Positions 1 through 8,550 of a stretch of 64,000 bases of DNA are shown here, in pieces; the stretch's first letter is position 1, and each line of letters starts with the position of its first letter. The translations under genes and the position numbers were made by a program. Under the pieces are notes generated by a model. It made no database searches and was not told the DNA's origin. It saw only the letters and a program-made list of their open reading frames with translations. Location of the stretch: NCBI GenBank assembly GCA_902796805.1, contig CADBQG010000070.1:2820-66819 (forward strand), in the 5' to 3' direction. Source of the DNA: an uncultured Bacteroidota bacterium. Lineage in GTDB: Bacteria > Bacteroidota > Bacteroidia > Bacteroidales > WCHB1-69.

Positions 1-1564
1 CAATCTGGTATCCTGCGCAGCCGAAGAAGTTGGTGATGAACCCGGCGCGTGCCTGCCGCATGGCAAGATTGCCGAGCTTGAGGAGATAAACGGCCGGCCT
101 GTGGTTGGCCTTGGAGTACTTTTCGGCTTCAAGTCTGAGTTCCTCAAAAGCCGACGCGCCGCGGTAAGTCTTCAGTCCTTCGCTGTCGTCTTTCTTTACA
201 CGCTCAATCTTGTCGGCCATGTTTTCGTTTATGTTGGGGTATTGGTTGGTGCCGAGCAGGATATAGCGTCTTGTGGCGATATTCATGTCGCGTTTCTGGC
301 AACTCTCCTCTATCGCAGTGCGAATGGAGCCGTCTTCGATGGCCTTGAGTGCGCCGCCTTGTCTCTCGACGTTCTGGAACAGTTTCCAGGCGTTTTCTGC
401 GATTGAATTCGTGAGGTTTTCAACGTAGTAGGAGCCGGCGGCCGGGTCGGCAACGCGGTCCATGAAGGCCTCTTCCTTGAGAATCACCTGCACGTTGCGG
501 GCAATGCGGCGCGAAAACTCGTCGGATTCCTTGTAGGCTACATCGAAAGGCTGCAACGATATGGAGTCGGAGCCGCCAATCACGGCCGACATTCCCTCGG
601 TGGTGCTTCTGAGCATGTTCACGTAAGGGTCGTACAAGGTCTTGTTCCATGTCGAGGCCACGGTGTTTATGTGGACTTTGTAGGCGCAGTCGCATCCGGG
701 CTTGTACTGTGCAACCATTGTGGACCAGAGCAGCCTTGCGGCACGCAGCTTGGCGATCTCCATGAAATAGTTTGAACCGACTGAGAGCGTGAGCTGCATC
801 CTTGAGGCAACTTTTTCTGGCTTGAAGCCCTTGCCGGTGCAGTATGCGAGATATTCGTTGGCGAGGTTCAGGGCGTAGGCCAGCTCCTGGACGATAGTGG
901 CGCCGGCATTGTGAAGTACAATCCCGTTGACGTTGATGACCTTGAAGTTTTTCATTCCCTCAGTCATCTCAAGCAGGTCGGCTGTCTGTTGCATGTCCTC
1001 GGCGGCAGACTTCCAGAATTTGTTGTGTCTGAGACGGTAAACCAAAGGGTCGAAGTTCAGGCTTCCCTGCACCTTCTCCTTGTCGAAATTGCCTGCTTCA
1101 ACATGGCTGACGAAAAGCCTTGTGATGTCGAGGTAGTTTTTCACATGGTTGAACTGCACACCGACAGTGTTCAGGTCGATGTCCTTGAGAAGCGCTGCCA
1201 TGTCGTCGGCATTTGAGACGTTGGCGGCGTTGAAGGCCACAAAAGTGGCGCCGCGCTTCAGGGCGTCAACGGCGATGGCGTTGGCTTTCTTCACGTCTGC
1301 TTCCTCAACCTCCTGCACTATGTCCCAGCGGTTATTGTTTGCCTTAGTCCCTCTGGTATATGGGAATTCATCGGGCATGGTCTTGAGATAGTCCAGATCC
1401 TTCAGGTCCGCCGCACGGTAATACGGGCGCACGGTGAAACCCTCGTCGGTGCGCCACACCAGTTTTTTCTCGTAGTCGGCGCCTTTCAGATCCTTGTTAA
1501 TGGTTTCTTCCCACTTCTCTGTTGAAATCTCCGGGAATTCGGAAAACAATTTTTCGTCAGTCAT
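1..1564 (-). CDS. mutA: methylmalonyl-CoA mutase small (beta) subunit; 3' end lies outside the window
   Basis: The minus-strand frame is open from ATG (1564-1562) to the window edge, which is why it is absent from the ORF track. I saw no tta/cta/tca triplets in that frame over 1-800. My translation starts MTDEKLFSEFPEISTEKWEETINKDLKGADYEKKLVWRTDEGF and later contains GGSDSISLQPFD and RRIARNVQVILKEE. This matches my memory of Bacteroidales MutA. Confidence 0.75.
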   Translation of the reverse strand, partial: MTDEKLFSEFPEISTEKWEETINKDLKGADYEKKLVWRTDEGFTVRPYYRAADLKDLDYLKTMPDEFPYTRGTKANNNRWDIVQEVEEADVKKANAIAVDALKRGATFVAFNAANVSNADDMAALLKDIDLNTVGVQFNHVKNYLDITRLFVSHVEAGNFDKEKVQGSLNFDPLVYRLRHNKFWKSAAEDMQQTADLLEMTEGMKNFKVINVNGIVLHNAGATIVQELAYALNLANEYLAYCTGKGFKPEKVASRMQLTLSVGSNYFMEIAKLRAARLLWSTMVAQYKPGCDCAYKVHINTVASTWNKTLYDPYVNMLRSTTEGMSAVIGGSDSISLQPFDVAYKESDEFSRRIARNVQVILKEEAFMDRVADPAAGSYYVENLTNSIAENAWKLFQNVERQGGALKAIEDGSIRTAIEESCQKRDMNIATRRYILLGTNQYPNINENMADKIERVKKDDSEGLKTYRGASAFEELRLEAEKYSKANHRPAVYLLKLGNLAMRQARAGFITNFFGCAGYQI

Positions 1565-1585
1565 AACCTTTTATATTTGAGACCG

Positions 1586-1593
1586 CAAAGATA
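1586..1593 (-). promoter_or_regulatory. Bacteroidota -7 promoter box TATCTTTG for mutA
   Basis: caaagata on the + strand is TATCTTTG on the minus strand. It lies 22 nt upstream of the mutA ATG and matches the TAnnTTTG consensus. Confidence 0.55.
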
Positions 1594-1691
1594 CAATTTT
1601 AAACATATCACGAATCAAAAATGCAATTCGCGGTGAATATAATTGTCGGAGAGAATAAGGAATGGGAGCGGATTTGTGTTGTTATTTAGAT

Positions 1692-1699
1692 TATCTTTG
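1692..1699 (+). promoter_or_regulatory. -7 promoter box TATCTTTG for the SDR gene
   Basis: tatctttg lies 47 nt upstream of ATG 1746, divergent from the mutA promoter. Confidence 0.5.
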
Positions 1700-1745
1700 C
1701 CGGCGGATTTAAAACACCGTTAATAACAAACAAGCATTCATATTT

Positions 1746-2501
1746 ATGGACAAGACAGTGATGATTACAGGCGCTACGAGCGGCATCGGGCTTGCCTGCG
1801 CAAGGAAGTTCGCAGACAACGGCGACAGGTTGATTCTGACCGGGCGGAACGGAATTCTGCTCGAGGAGATTGCCAATGGGCTTACGGACAAGGGCGCAAG
1901 CGTGCTCACAATGGTCTTCGACGTGCGCGACCGCAAGGAAGCTGCCCGACAGGTGGAGGGACTCCCTGAAGAGTGGCGTGAGATCGACGTTTTGGTCAAC
2001 AATGCCGGCCTTGCGCTCGGTCTGGAACCAGAGCATGAAGGCGATTTCACCGACTGGGACACTATGATAGACACGAACATCAAGGGGTTGCTGACAATGA
2101 CGAGGCTTGTGGTTCCGGGAATGGTTGCCCGCGACAAGGGGCATGTCATTAACATCGGCTCCGTGGCCGGCGACGCCGCGTATGCCAACGGGAACGTGTA
2201 TTGCGCCACAAAAGCGGCCGTGAAGACACTCTCCGACGGGCTGCGCATTGATGTTGCCGGCACAAACGTGCGCGTGACGAACCTCAAGCCGGGCCTTGTG
2301 GAGACGAATTTCAGCAACACGCGCTTTCACGGAGACAAAGAACGGGCCGCGAACGTGTACAAGGGCATCACCCCGCTCACCGGCGACGACATCGCCGATG
2401 TGGCAGTGTTCGCTGCAAATGCTCCGGCACACGTGCAGATTGCGGAAGTCCTCGTGCTGGCCACACACCAGGGCAGCGGAAGTGTAATTGTAAGGAAATA
2501 A
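1746..2501 (+). CDS. short-chain dehydrogenase/reductase (YdfG-like NADP-dependent)
   Basis: TGATSGIG cofactor motif at the N-terminus, NNAG, and catalytic YCATK (YxxxK). The 251-aa length is typical of classical SDRs. Confidence 0.85.
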   Translation: MDKTVMITGATSGIGLACARKFADNGDRLILTGRNGILLEEIANGLTDKGASVLTMVFDVRDRKEAARQVEGLPEEWREIDVLVNNAGLALGLEPEHEGDFTDWDTMIDTNIKGLLTMTRLVVPGMVARDKGHVINIGSVAGDAAYANGNVYCATKAAVKTLSDGLRIDVAGTNVRVTNLKPGLVETNFSNTRFHGDKERAANVYKGITPLTGDDIADVAVFAANAPAHVQIAEVLVLATHQGSGSVIVRK

Positions 2502-2511
2502 TTCCGATAGA

Positions 2512-3402
2512 ATGAAACGCAGACGTCTTAAGATCATTTTTTTTCTTGCGGTTGTAATGGCCTTTGCCGCTTGCCATTCCCCTGAAAACAAGGGTTCTGG
2601 CGCTTTCTTTACATGGGAGGACTCGTACCACCGCAACGTGAAACTCGACACTGCACCGCAGCGCATAGTCTCCATATCCCCCGCCATCACCGAAGTGGTC
2701 TTCCTTGTGGGGGCGCAGGAAAAACTGGTCGGAATCTCCGATTTCTGCAAGTATCCGGAGGAAACAGAGAAAATCGACAAGGTGGGGGGGATGCACAACA
2801 TCAATTTCGAGAAGCTTCTTTCGCTTCACCCCGATGTGGTGCTGATCGGCTCCATGATCTCGGAGAAAGATGTGGCCGCCATCGAGAAGATGGGAATACC
2901 CGTGATATGCATAGTTGAGGAGTCGTCCCTTGAGGGGATGTCCGAGCTGATTGAAGTAGTTGGCAGGATAGCCCAGTGTGAAGACAAGGCACGCGAGGAA
3001 GCCTTAAAGTGGTCGAAGAAGATAGCAGAGCTCAAGTCCAACGCGCCCAAGCCGGAGGAGCGAAAGTGCGTGTACTATGTTGTTGGATTCGGCGATGCCG
3101 GCGACTTCACAGCCCCGAAGAACACCCACATACAGGAAATCATAGAGCTTGCGGGCGCGCGCAACGCCGGTGACACCCTCACAGGCTGGAACATAAGCCG
3201 CGAATACCTCTTTCAGATCGACCCCGACATCATAATTGTGAGGAAAGAAGACAGGGACGCTTTTGTCTCGCGGCACCCGTACACTTTGCTTAACGCGGTG
3301 AAAAATGAAAGGGTGTATCCGATTGAGAGCGGCTGGATAGATGTCGTGTCGCTGCGCAACATGGACGCCGTGGATTATCTGAAAAGAATTTGTTCAGAAT
3401 AG
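2512..3402 (+). CDS. ABC-type periplasmic binding lipoprotein, iron-siderophore/cobalamin (BtuF-like) class
   Basis: Signal peptide ending FAAC (lipobox Cys). RIVSISPAITEVVFLVGAQEKLVGISD is a typical N-lobe motif of PBP type 8 binding proteins. No permease or ATPase gene is adjacent. Confidence 0.7.
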   Translation: MKRRRLKIIFFLAVVMAFAACHSPENKGSGAFFTWEDSYHRNVKLDTAPQRIVSISPAITEVVFLVGAQEKLVGISDFCKYPEETEKIDKVGGMHNINFEKLLSLHPDVVLIGSMISEKDVAAIEKMGIPVICIVEESSLEGMSELIEVVGRIAQCEDKAREEALKWSKKIAELKSNAPKPEERKCVYYVVGFGDAGDFTAPKNTHIQEIIELAGARNAGDTLTGWNISREYLFQIDPDIIIVRKEDRDAFVSRHPYTLLNAVKNERVYPIESGWIDVVSLRNMDAVDYLKRICSE

Positions 3403-3442
3403 AGAGTGTTTTGGAAACTGATTTGATACAATTAGGGTTTTT

Positions 3443-3994
3443 ATGGCAACGTTAGGTCAGTTGTTCTGGTCGTTTTTCAAGATAGGGACGTTCACTCTCG
3501 GCGGAGGCTATGCCATGATACCGTTGATGGAGAAGGAACTTGTTGATGTGCACAAGTGGCTTGGCGGCGACGAATTCGTGGAGACTGTGGCATTGGCCCA
3601 GGCCATGCCCGGCATCTTCGCCGTGAACCTTGCCACAGCGGTGGGGCGCAAGCTGCGCGGCCTCCCCGGAGCAATAGTCTCGGTTGTGGGCAACATTGTG
3701 ATGCCTGTTGCAATAATATTGCTGCTGGCAGGCGGTATGCGCTATATACGAGGGAACGAGATTGTAGAGGCGGTTTTCAAAGGGGTGCGCCCTGTGGTGG
3801 TGGCGTTGATTGCCGCCCCGGTCTTCAGGATGGCGCGAACCGCCAACATCAGCCGCCGTAATTTCTGGATTCCGGTGGTCGCCGCGCTCCTTGTATGGCT
3901 CTTGGGAGTCTCCCCGATATGGGTCATTCTTGCCGCAGCCGCCGGAGGTTTCGTGTATGCTAAGTTAACGCAGAGGAAGGAGCCTGAATCATGA
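3443..3994 (+). CDS. chromate transporter family protein (short-chain CHR, first half)
   Basis: FKIGTFTLGGGYAMIPLMEKELV is the CHR family signature. The protein is hydrophobic and has a 4-nt ATGA overlap with the next gene. Confidence 0.85.
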   Translation: MATLGQLFWSFFKIGTFTLGGGYAMIPLMEKELVDVHKWLGGDEFVETVALAQAMPGIFAVNLATAVGRKLRGLPGAIVSVVGNIVMPVAIILLLAGGMRYIRGNEIVEAVFKGVRPVVVALIAAPVFRMARTANISRRNFWIPVVAALLVWLLGVSPIWVILAAAAGGFVYAKLTQRKEPES

Positions 3995-4575
3995 TATTCT
4001 GGAAACTTTTCTGCACTTTCTGCAAAATCGGCATCTTCAACTTCGGTGGGGGCTATGCCATGATAGCGCTGATACAGAACGAGGTGGTGGAGAAAAACGC
4101 CTGGATAACGGCCGCGGAGTTTACCGATGTTGTGGCCACAAGCCAGATAACCCCCGGTCCCATAGGGATAAACGTCGCCACATACTCTGGTTATATGGCG
4201 GTTACAAACGCTGGATACGACCCTTTCTTCGGAGTGCTCGGCGCCTTGTTGGCGTCATTCTCCGTTGTGCTGCTCCCCTTTGTGCTGATGCTGCTCACAT
4301 GCAAGTATCTGAGCAAATACCACAGCCATCCGGTTGTAGGCGCGATACTGAAAGCGCTGAAGCTCGTGGTTGTAGGTCTGATAGCCGCCGCTGCCGTGCT
4401 CCTCGTCAACAGGGAGACCTTCGGTTCCTTCTCCGACAGCCCGCTGCAGTTCGTCCTTAGCGTGTCGCTGTTTGCGGCGGCCTTTTTCTTGTCGCTGAAA
4501 TACAAGACGAACCCGATACTGCTGATATTGGTTTCGGGGATTGTTGGTTTTTTCGTGTACTACTGTATTGCCTAA
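3991..4575 (+). CDS. chromate transporter family protein (short-chain CHR, second half)
   Basis: CKIGIFNFGGGYAMIALIQNEVV signature. It is the paired partner of the preceding gene. Confidence 0.85.
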   Translation: MIFWKLFCTFCKIGIFNFGGGYAMIALIQNEVVEKNAWITAAEFTDVVATSQITPGPIGINVATYSGYMAVTNAGYDPFFGVLGALLASFSVVLLPFVLMLLTCKYLSKYHSHPVVGAILKALKLVVVGLIAAAAVLLVNRETFGSFSDSPLQFVLSVSLFAAAFFLSLKYKTNPILLILVSGIVGFFVYYCIA

Positions 4576-5468
4576 ACTCTGAGTTTCAGTCCGGCGAGCA
4601 GTGTGTCGGGGCGGAAGTCTATGACGCTGCGCATCTCGCCGGCCATGCAGAAGCCGCAATGGTTGCATATTCCGGCGCTCTTGCCCACGCATTCTGGCAG
4701 CCTGGTGCCGTCGGGAAGTATGTAGTTGCACATCCAGCACACCTTCTCGAAGTCGAGGTTTTTCATCCTCTTCAGTCCGGAAACCGAGTTCATTATCGGC
4801 GCGCCTTTTCTTTTCTCTGCAATGAGAAAGTCAAGTATGGAACCCCTGTCGTTCCAGTTCAGGGACAATGGGTCTTCTGCGTTTCCGAAGGCCGGGGTGT
4901 AGAAATTGAAGGCGATGCTTTTGAAGAAGCCGCTGTTTTTAACAAATTCGAGGGTGTCGGCTACATTTACGAAGTTGTTTGAGTCTATAACCATGTTGGC
5001 GCTCAAGGCTTTGTGTTTGCTGCCGGCGGCGTTTGCCACGAGTTTTTCAAAGGTGCCTTTCCCTCGCACGGCTTCGTGGTACTCGTGGATTCCGTCCATG
5101 CTCACCCACACCGAGTCGGCCTTGAGTCCGGCGAACGGCTCCTGTGCGTTGGTTGTGACAGTGGTGCTGAAGAAGCCGGTTTTGTGGGCAAGGTCGATCA
5201 AGTCGTTCAGCGTGCGACTGCCGTCCCTCCACAATGTCGGCTCGCCGCCCTCAAAGTCCACGAAGCGCGACCCCAAGTTGTACGAGTACCGCAGTTCCTC
5301 CTCGATTTGTCCGTAACCCTTCATCACCGGCGAAGTATGGTCGTACACGCTGCAGTGGGTACATGAGAGGTTGCACTTGTTGGTTATGAACAGGACTGTC
5401 TGCAAGGGCTTTTTCCTTTTCAGGAATTTGGCCTCGAAATACCAGAAAGGCAGGTAGAATGGATTCAT
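4572..5468 (-). CDS. radical SAM protein with a Cys-rich C-terminal domain (HpnH/DUF3463-like architecture)
   Basis: CNLSCTHC (CxxxCxxC) cluster motif followed by GGEPTL. The C-terminal cysteines are CWMC...PEC...CNHCGFC. The substrate is unknown. Confidence 0.75.
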   Translation of the reverse strand: MNPFYLPFWYFEAKFLKRKKPLQTVLFITNKCNLSCTHCSVYDHTSPVMKGYGQIEEELRYSYNLGSRFVDFEGGEPTLWRDGSRTLNDLIDLAHKTGFFSTTVTTNAQEPFAGLKADSVWVSMDGIHEYHEAVRGKGTFEKLVANAAGSKHKALSANMVIDSNNFVNVADTLEFVKNSGFFKSIAFNFYTPAFGNAEDPLSLNWNDRGSILDFLIAEKRKGAPIMNSVSGLKRMKNLDFEKVCWMCNYILPDGTRLPECVGKSAGICNHCGFCMAGEMRSVIDFRPDTLLAGLKLRV

Positions 5469-5480
5469 GGTTGAAGGCCG

Positions 5481-6368
5481 CTATTGTCTGACATACGTGG
5501 TTTCATTTATCGTCCTGAAGTTTTCAGGATTAACTTCATCGCGGGCGAATTCAGTCGAGCGCACCTCCTTGCCGGTTTCGTCGTATTCGTATTCGGCCCA
5601 GCTCACGACCTTGCCTTCCCTGTCGAGTATGGAGTTCTTGACCACAAGGTCGCCTTGGTACTCCATCTTCACCTCGCGGTAGTTGTCGAGGTCTTCCTCC
5701 ACATAGCCGAGCAGGCGGTGCTGCCCGTCGAAATAGCGGTTCACTTTGGCAATGAGTTTCATCCCGTAGTCATATACAAGGTCCTTCACGCGGTCGCCGC
5801 CCTCGTTGTACTGGAATTCATAAACCCGCCTGTCTTTGTTCTGAACCTCGTCGCGGGTGTACGAGATCACTTCACCCTTTTCATTGTATTGATAACTGTT
5901 CGAGTATAAAGCTTCGCCGTTCTCATCGTTTTCAATCTCAGAGGTTTTTCTGCCTCCGGCGTAAGTGAAAGTCCGCTCTACATAGTCGAACTCCCCGTTG
6001 ACGTAGGCTTCCACGCGAAGAAGGTTTCCTTCATCGTCGTAAACGTATTTTGAGGTGTATTTGTCGGAAGCGTCCCCGAAATAGTTGGTCTGCACAGCCA
6101 GCCTGCCCTGTTCGTCATACTCGTTCTCGGTCTTCTGCAGGAGTATGTCGTCCATGTCATACTGTTCGGACATGGTCAGATTCTGGCCGTTGTAAGTGTT
6201 CAGGGTCAAGGTGTTGCGCGTGCCGTCGTGGTTGAAACGCTCTTCGCGAAGCAGTAGGCCGTTGTCGTCGTAGTCGGCAACTAATTCCGTAAACTCAACA
6301 ATTTCTATGTCTTTTGCGTCGTATCCTGTCCTGTGATGTTCTTTTTTTTCAATCTTCAAGCTTTTCAT
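5481..6368 (-). CDS. hypothetical protein built of YD/RHS-like repeats, with no signal peptide
   Basis: The Y-x-Y-D/N-x-x-G motif recurs throughout: ADYDDNGLL, NEYDEQGRL, YVYDDEGNL, YQYNEKGEV, FQYNEGGDR, YEYDETGKE. The gene ends 12 nt before the radical SAM gene. Confidence 0.55.
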   Translation of the reverse strand: MKSLKIEKKEHHRTGYDAKDIEIVEFTELVADYDDNGLLLREERFNHDGTRNTLTLNTYNGQNLTMSEQYDMDDILLQKTENEYDEQGRLAVQTNYFGDASDKYTSKYVYDDEGNLLRVEAYVNGEFDYVERTFTYAGGRKTSEIENDENGEALYSNSYQYNEKGEVISYTRDEVQNKDRRVYEFQYNEGGDRVKDLVYDYGMKLIAKVNRYFDGQHRLLGYVEEDLDNYREVKMEYQGDLVVKNSILDREGKVVSWAEYEYDETGKEVRSTEFARDEVNPENFRTINETTYVRQ

Positions 6369-6391
6369 AAATCCAACTTTTTAAACAACGG

Positions 6392-6399
6392 CAAATGTA
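6392..6399 (-). promoter_or_regulatory. -7 promoter box TACATTTG for the YD-repeat/radical-SAM pair
   Basis: caaatgta on the + strand is TACATTTG on the minus strand. It lies 24 nt upstream of ATG 6368 and downstream of the tRNA-Arg terminator. Confidence 0.45.
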
Positions 6400-6486
6400 C
6401 ATAATTTTTTCTGTGTCCGTCAATTTTTCGTCAGGCAAGCATGGATTATTCAAACTGAGGGTGGCTGGATTTTTCTCCATGAGGCT

Positions 6487-6530
6487 AAAAAAACAAAAAA
6501 GTTGCGAAATTTCATGCAAAATCTCGCAAC
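6487..6530 (-). terminator. rho-independent terminator after tRNA-Arg
   Basis: Hairpin gttgcga...tcgcaac (7 bp plus an inner 4 bp) at 6501-6530. On the minus strand it is followed by TTTTTTGTTTTTTT (6487-6500). Confidence 0.7.
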
Positions 6531-6540
6531 TTTTGTTCCG

Positions 6541-6614
6541 TGACCCCTGCAGGATTCAAACCTGCAACCTTTTGATCCGTAGTCAAATACTCTATTCAGT
6601 TGAGCTAAGGGGCC
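6541..6614 (-). tRNA. tRNA-Arg (anticodon ACG)
   Basis: I folded the 74-nt sequence GGCCCCTTAGCTCAACTGAATAGAGTATTTGACTACGGATCAAAAGGTTGCAGGTTTGAATCCTGCAGGGGTCA by hand. It has a 7-bp acceptor stem (one G-U), a D-arm GCTC/GAGT, an anticodon stem TTTGA/TCAAA with loop CTACGGA, and a T-arm GCAGG/CCTGC. CCA is not encoded. Confidence 0.9.
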
Positions 6615-6631
6615 GTTCTCAAACGAGGTTG

Positions 6632-6639
6632 CAAAGATA
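6632..6639 (-). promoter_or_regulatory. -7 promoter box TATCTTTG for tRNA-Arg
   Basis: caaagata lies 18 nt upstream of the tRNA 5' end. Confidence 0.55.
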
Positions 6640-6787
6640 CATTTTTTTACATATAAACACAATGACAGACATTATTTTTTCATTATTTTTTTGATTTTGG
6701 AAGTCAAGCACTCAGGCCGTCTCGTTTCTAAAACAGTGTTTTTTTTCAGGGGAAAGAAAAAGAGTTTAAACCAAAAGATAAAAAGTG

Positions 6788-6795
6788 TATCTTTG
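6788..6795 (+). promoter_or_regulatory. -7 promoter box TATCTTTG for rpsU
   Basis: gtgtatctttgcc lies 48 nt upstream of ATG 6843. Confidence 0.55.
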
Positions 6796-6842
6796 CCGCC
6801 GATAAATTATTTACAAACAATTAAAAGAAAGAGGTATTTTTT

Positions 6843-7037
6843 ATGATTATTGTTCCCATTAAAGAGGGCGAATCCATCGACAAGGCGCTCAAGAAACTCA
6901 AGAAGAAATTCGACAAGATTGGCATCAAGAAGGAAATCCGTGCCAGACAGGAGTTCACCAAGAAGAGTGTGATTCGCAGGGAGCAATTGCGCAAGGCCAT
7001 CTACGTTCAGCAGCTTCGCGCCGCCGAAAACGAATAG
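6843..7037 (+). CDS. rpsU: 30S ribosomal protein S21
   Basis: 64-aa basic protein MIIVPIKEGESIDKALKKLKKKFDKIGIKKEIRARQEFTKKSVIRREQL, the S21 signature. Confidence 0.95.
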   Translation: MIIVPIKEGESIDKALKKLKKKFDKIGIKKEIRARQEFTKKSVIRREQLRKAIYVQQLRAAENE

Positions 7038-7060
7038 CAAGGTTTTGCGACAAACTAAAA

Positions 7061-7084
7061 ACAGGGTCTCCCTGTTTTTTTTTT
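7061..7084 (+). terminator. rho-independent terminator after rpsU
   Basis: acaggg-tct-ccctgt hairpin followed by a run of about 11 T. Confidence 0.65.
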
Positions 7085-7105
7085 GAAGTCGTTTTCCTGT
7101 CAGCC

Positions 7106-7999
7106 ATGATCGAGTACTCGCATTTCATCGACTATCTCAAGTACGAGAAGCGCATGTCGCCACACACTATAACTGCCTATCAGTCCGACCTGGCGCAGTT
7201 TTCGGAGTTTGCCAGCGAACGGTTGGGAGTGGAGAGTGCGGCGGAGGTTGCTGCGAAGGACATCCGCACGTGGATAATTTCCCTGTTGGAGGACGAGTCG
7301 GTGCAGGCCTCCTCGGTGAACCGGAAGATCAGTTCGCTGCGGGCGTTTTTCCGGCACGAGCTTGCGGCCGGCAGGGTGGAGAAGAACCCGACAGCTGGCG
7401 TGATTGCTCCCAAGAACCGGAAAAAGCTTCCCGTGTACGTCGACAAGAAGGACATGGAAAGGCTTTTCTCCGACGACCTCTTCGCCGATGATTACGAAGG
7501 GCGGCGCGACCAGATGATACTCGAGGTCTTCTATGAGACAGGTATTCGTCTTTCCGAACTCATAAACATCAGGCGCCTGGATGTGAACCTCGGCAACAAC
7601 ACGATAAAGGTGATGGGGAAGAGGAGCAAGGAGCGTGTCATCCCGTTCGGAAACCGCATGTCGGAGTTATTGACAATCTACTTTGAATATTATGAAAAAA
7701 ATGTTGTCGCCGAATCGGAAAATTATTATATCTTTGTAACCGCCAGAGGAGGCAAACTTTATCCCGAGGCAGTCTATAGGATAGTACGCAAATATTTGGA
7801 TATGGTAACGACTATAAGCAAACGAAGTCCGCATGTCATAAGGCACACGTTCGCGACGCACATGCTGAACAACGGCGCCGACCTGAATGCGATCAAGGCC
7901 ATCTTGGGGCACAGCAGTCTTGCCGCAACCCAGATATACACGCACAATTCTGTAGAGCAGTTAAAATCTATTTATAAACAAGCTCATCCAAGAGCGTAA
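7106..7999 (+). CDS. xerC: tyrosine recombinase, XerC/XerD-like
   Basis: N-terminal SAM-like core-binding domain. Catalytic residues are RHTFATHML, LGHSSLAATQIYTH (R-H-R-Y set) and an earlier ETGIRLSEL Arg. It sits in the conserved rpsU-xerC-hpf context. Confidence 0.8.
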   Translation: MIEYSHFIDYLKYEKRMSPHTITAYQSDLAQFSEFASERLGVESAAEVAAKDIRTWIISLLEDESVQASSVNRKISSLRAFFRHELAAGRVEKNPTAGVIAPKNRKKLPVYVDKKDMERLFSDDLFADDYEGRRDQMILEVFYETGIRLSELINIRRLDVNLGNNTIKVMGKRSKERVIPFGNRMSELLTIYFEYYEKNVVAESENYYIFVTARGGKLYPEAVYRIVRKYLDMVTTISKRSPHVIRHTFATHMLNNGADLNAIKAILGHSSLAATQIYTHNSVEQLKSIYKQAHPRA

Positions 8000-8012
8000 A
8001 AAGGAGGTTTTT

Positions 8013-8342
8013 ATGAAAGTTACAATCAATTCCGTTCATTTCAAGGCGGATCAGAAACTGGAGGAATTCATCAACGAGAAGGTTGTCAAGCTGAACAAGG
8101 TTCACGACGGCATTCTCGGCGCCGAGGTGTCCCTGAAGCTGGAGAATACCGAGTCTCCCGAGAACAAGACCGTTGACATCCGCATGAACCTGAAAGGCTA
8201 CGACGCTCGCGCGAGCAAGACCGCGAAGAGTTTCGAGGAGGCCACCGACCTGTCGGTTGACGCCTTGAAGAAGCAGCTTTTGAAGTCCAAGGAGAAAAAG
8301 GAGCAGAGCAAGCGCCCCAACGGCGAGATTTCCTTTGAATAA
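8013..8342 (+). CDS. hpf: ribosome hibernation promoting factor / RaiA family (short form)
   Basis: 109 aa; MKVTINSVHFKADQKLEEFINEKVVKLNK is typical of the sigma-54 modulation protein/S30EA family. Confidence 0.85.
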   Translation: MKVTINSVHFKADQKLEEFINEKVVKLNKVHDGILGAEVSLKLENTESPENKTVDIRMNLKGYDARASKTAKSFEEATDLSVDALKKQLLKSKEKKEQSKRPNGEISFE

Positions 8343-8370
8343 AATCATTTCACTACGTTGAAAGACAGTA

Positions 8371-8410
8371 GGAGGGTGTGCCGGGTACGGCGCACCCTCC
8401 TTGATTTTCA
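8371..8410 (+). terminator. strong rho-independent terminator after hpf
   Basis: 12-bp GC-rich stem ggagggtgtgcc/ggcgcaccctcc with a 6-nt loop, followed by ttgattttca. Confidence 0.75.
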
Positions 8411-8480
8411 TTTACAAAGCGATGCAGTGAAGCAAATCTATGTCGTGAAGTTTGGAATTCACATGCTATCCAAATTTTTA

Positions 8481-8488
8481 TATATTTG
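8481..8488 (+). promoter_or_regulatory. -7 promoter box TATATTTG upstream of atpB
   Basis: tatatttg lies 63 nt upstream of ATG 8551, after the hpf terminator. Confidence 0.4.
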
Positions 8489-8550
8489 CGCCCTGCTTGC
8501 GGTGGCCATGTCGCTGCTATGCGGTTTGTTTTCTAACTTATTGATTATAT

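Noticed and set aside
1686-2804. 372-aa minus-strand ORF overlapping the SDR and binding-protein genes.
   Set aside because: It is antisense to two genes with clear family motifs. Its own translation is Arg/Cys/His-rich with no recognisable motif, which is typical of a shadow ORF in GC-rich coding sequence.
3443-4575. Two half-size chromate transporter ORFs that could be one gene split by a frameshift.
   Set aside because: Each half has its own GGGYAMI signature near its N-terminus, and the ATGA junction is a clean coupling. Short-chain CHR proteins are known to occur as such pairs.
6395-6694. 99-aa plus-strand ORF and 70-aa minus-strand ORF across the tRNA-Arg locus.
   Set aside because: Both run through the tRNA gene, its terminator and its promoter, so they are artefacts of the ORF caller.
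7106-7999. Tyrosine recombinase as a possible marker of an integrated mobile element.
   Set aside because: It sits in the conserved housekeeping arrangement rpsU-xerC-hpf. There is no compositional shift, no flanking repeats and no cargo genes, so it fits a chromosomal Xer-type recombinase.
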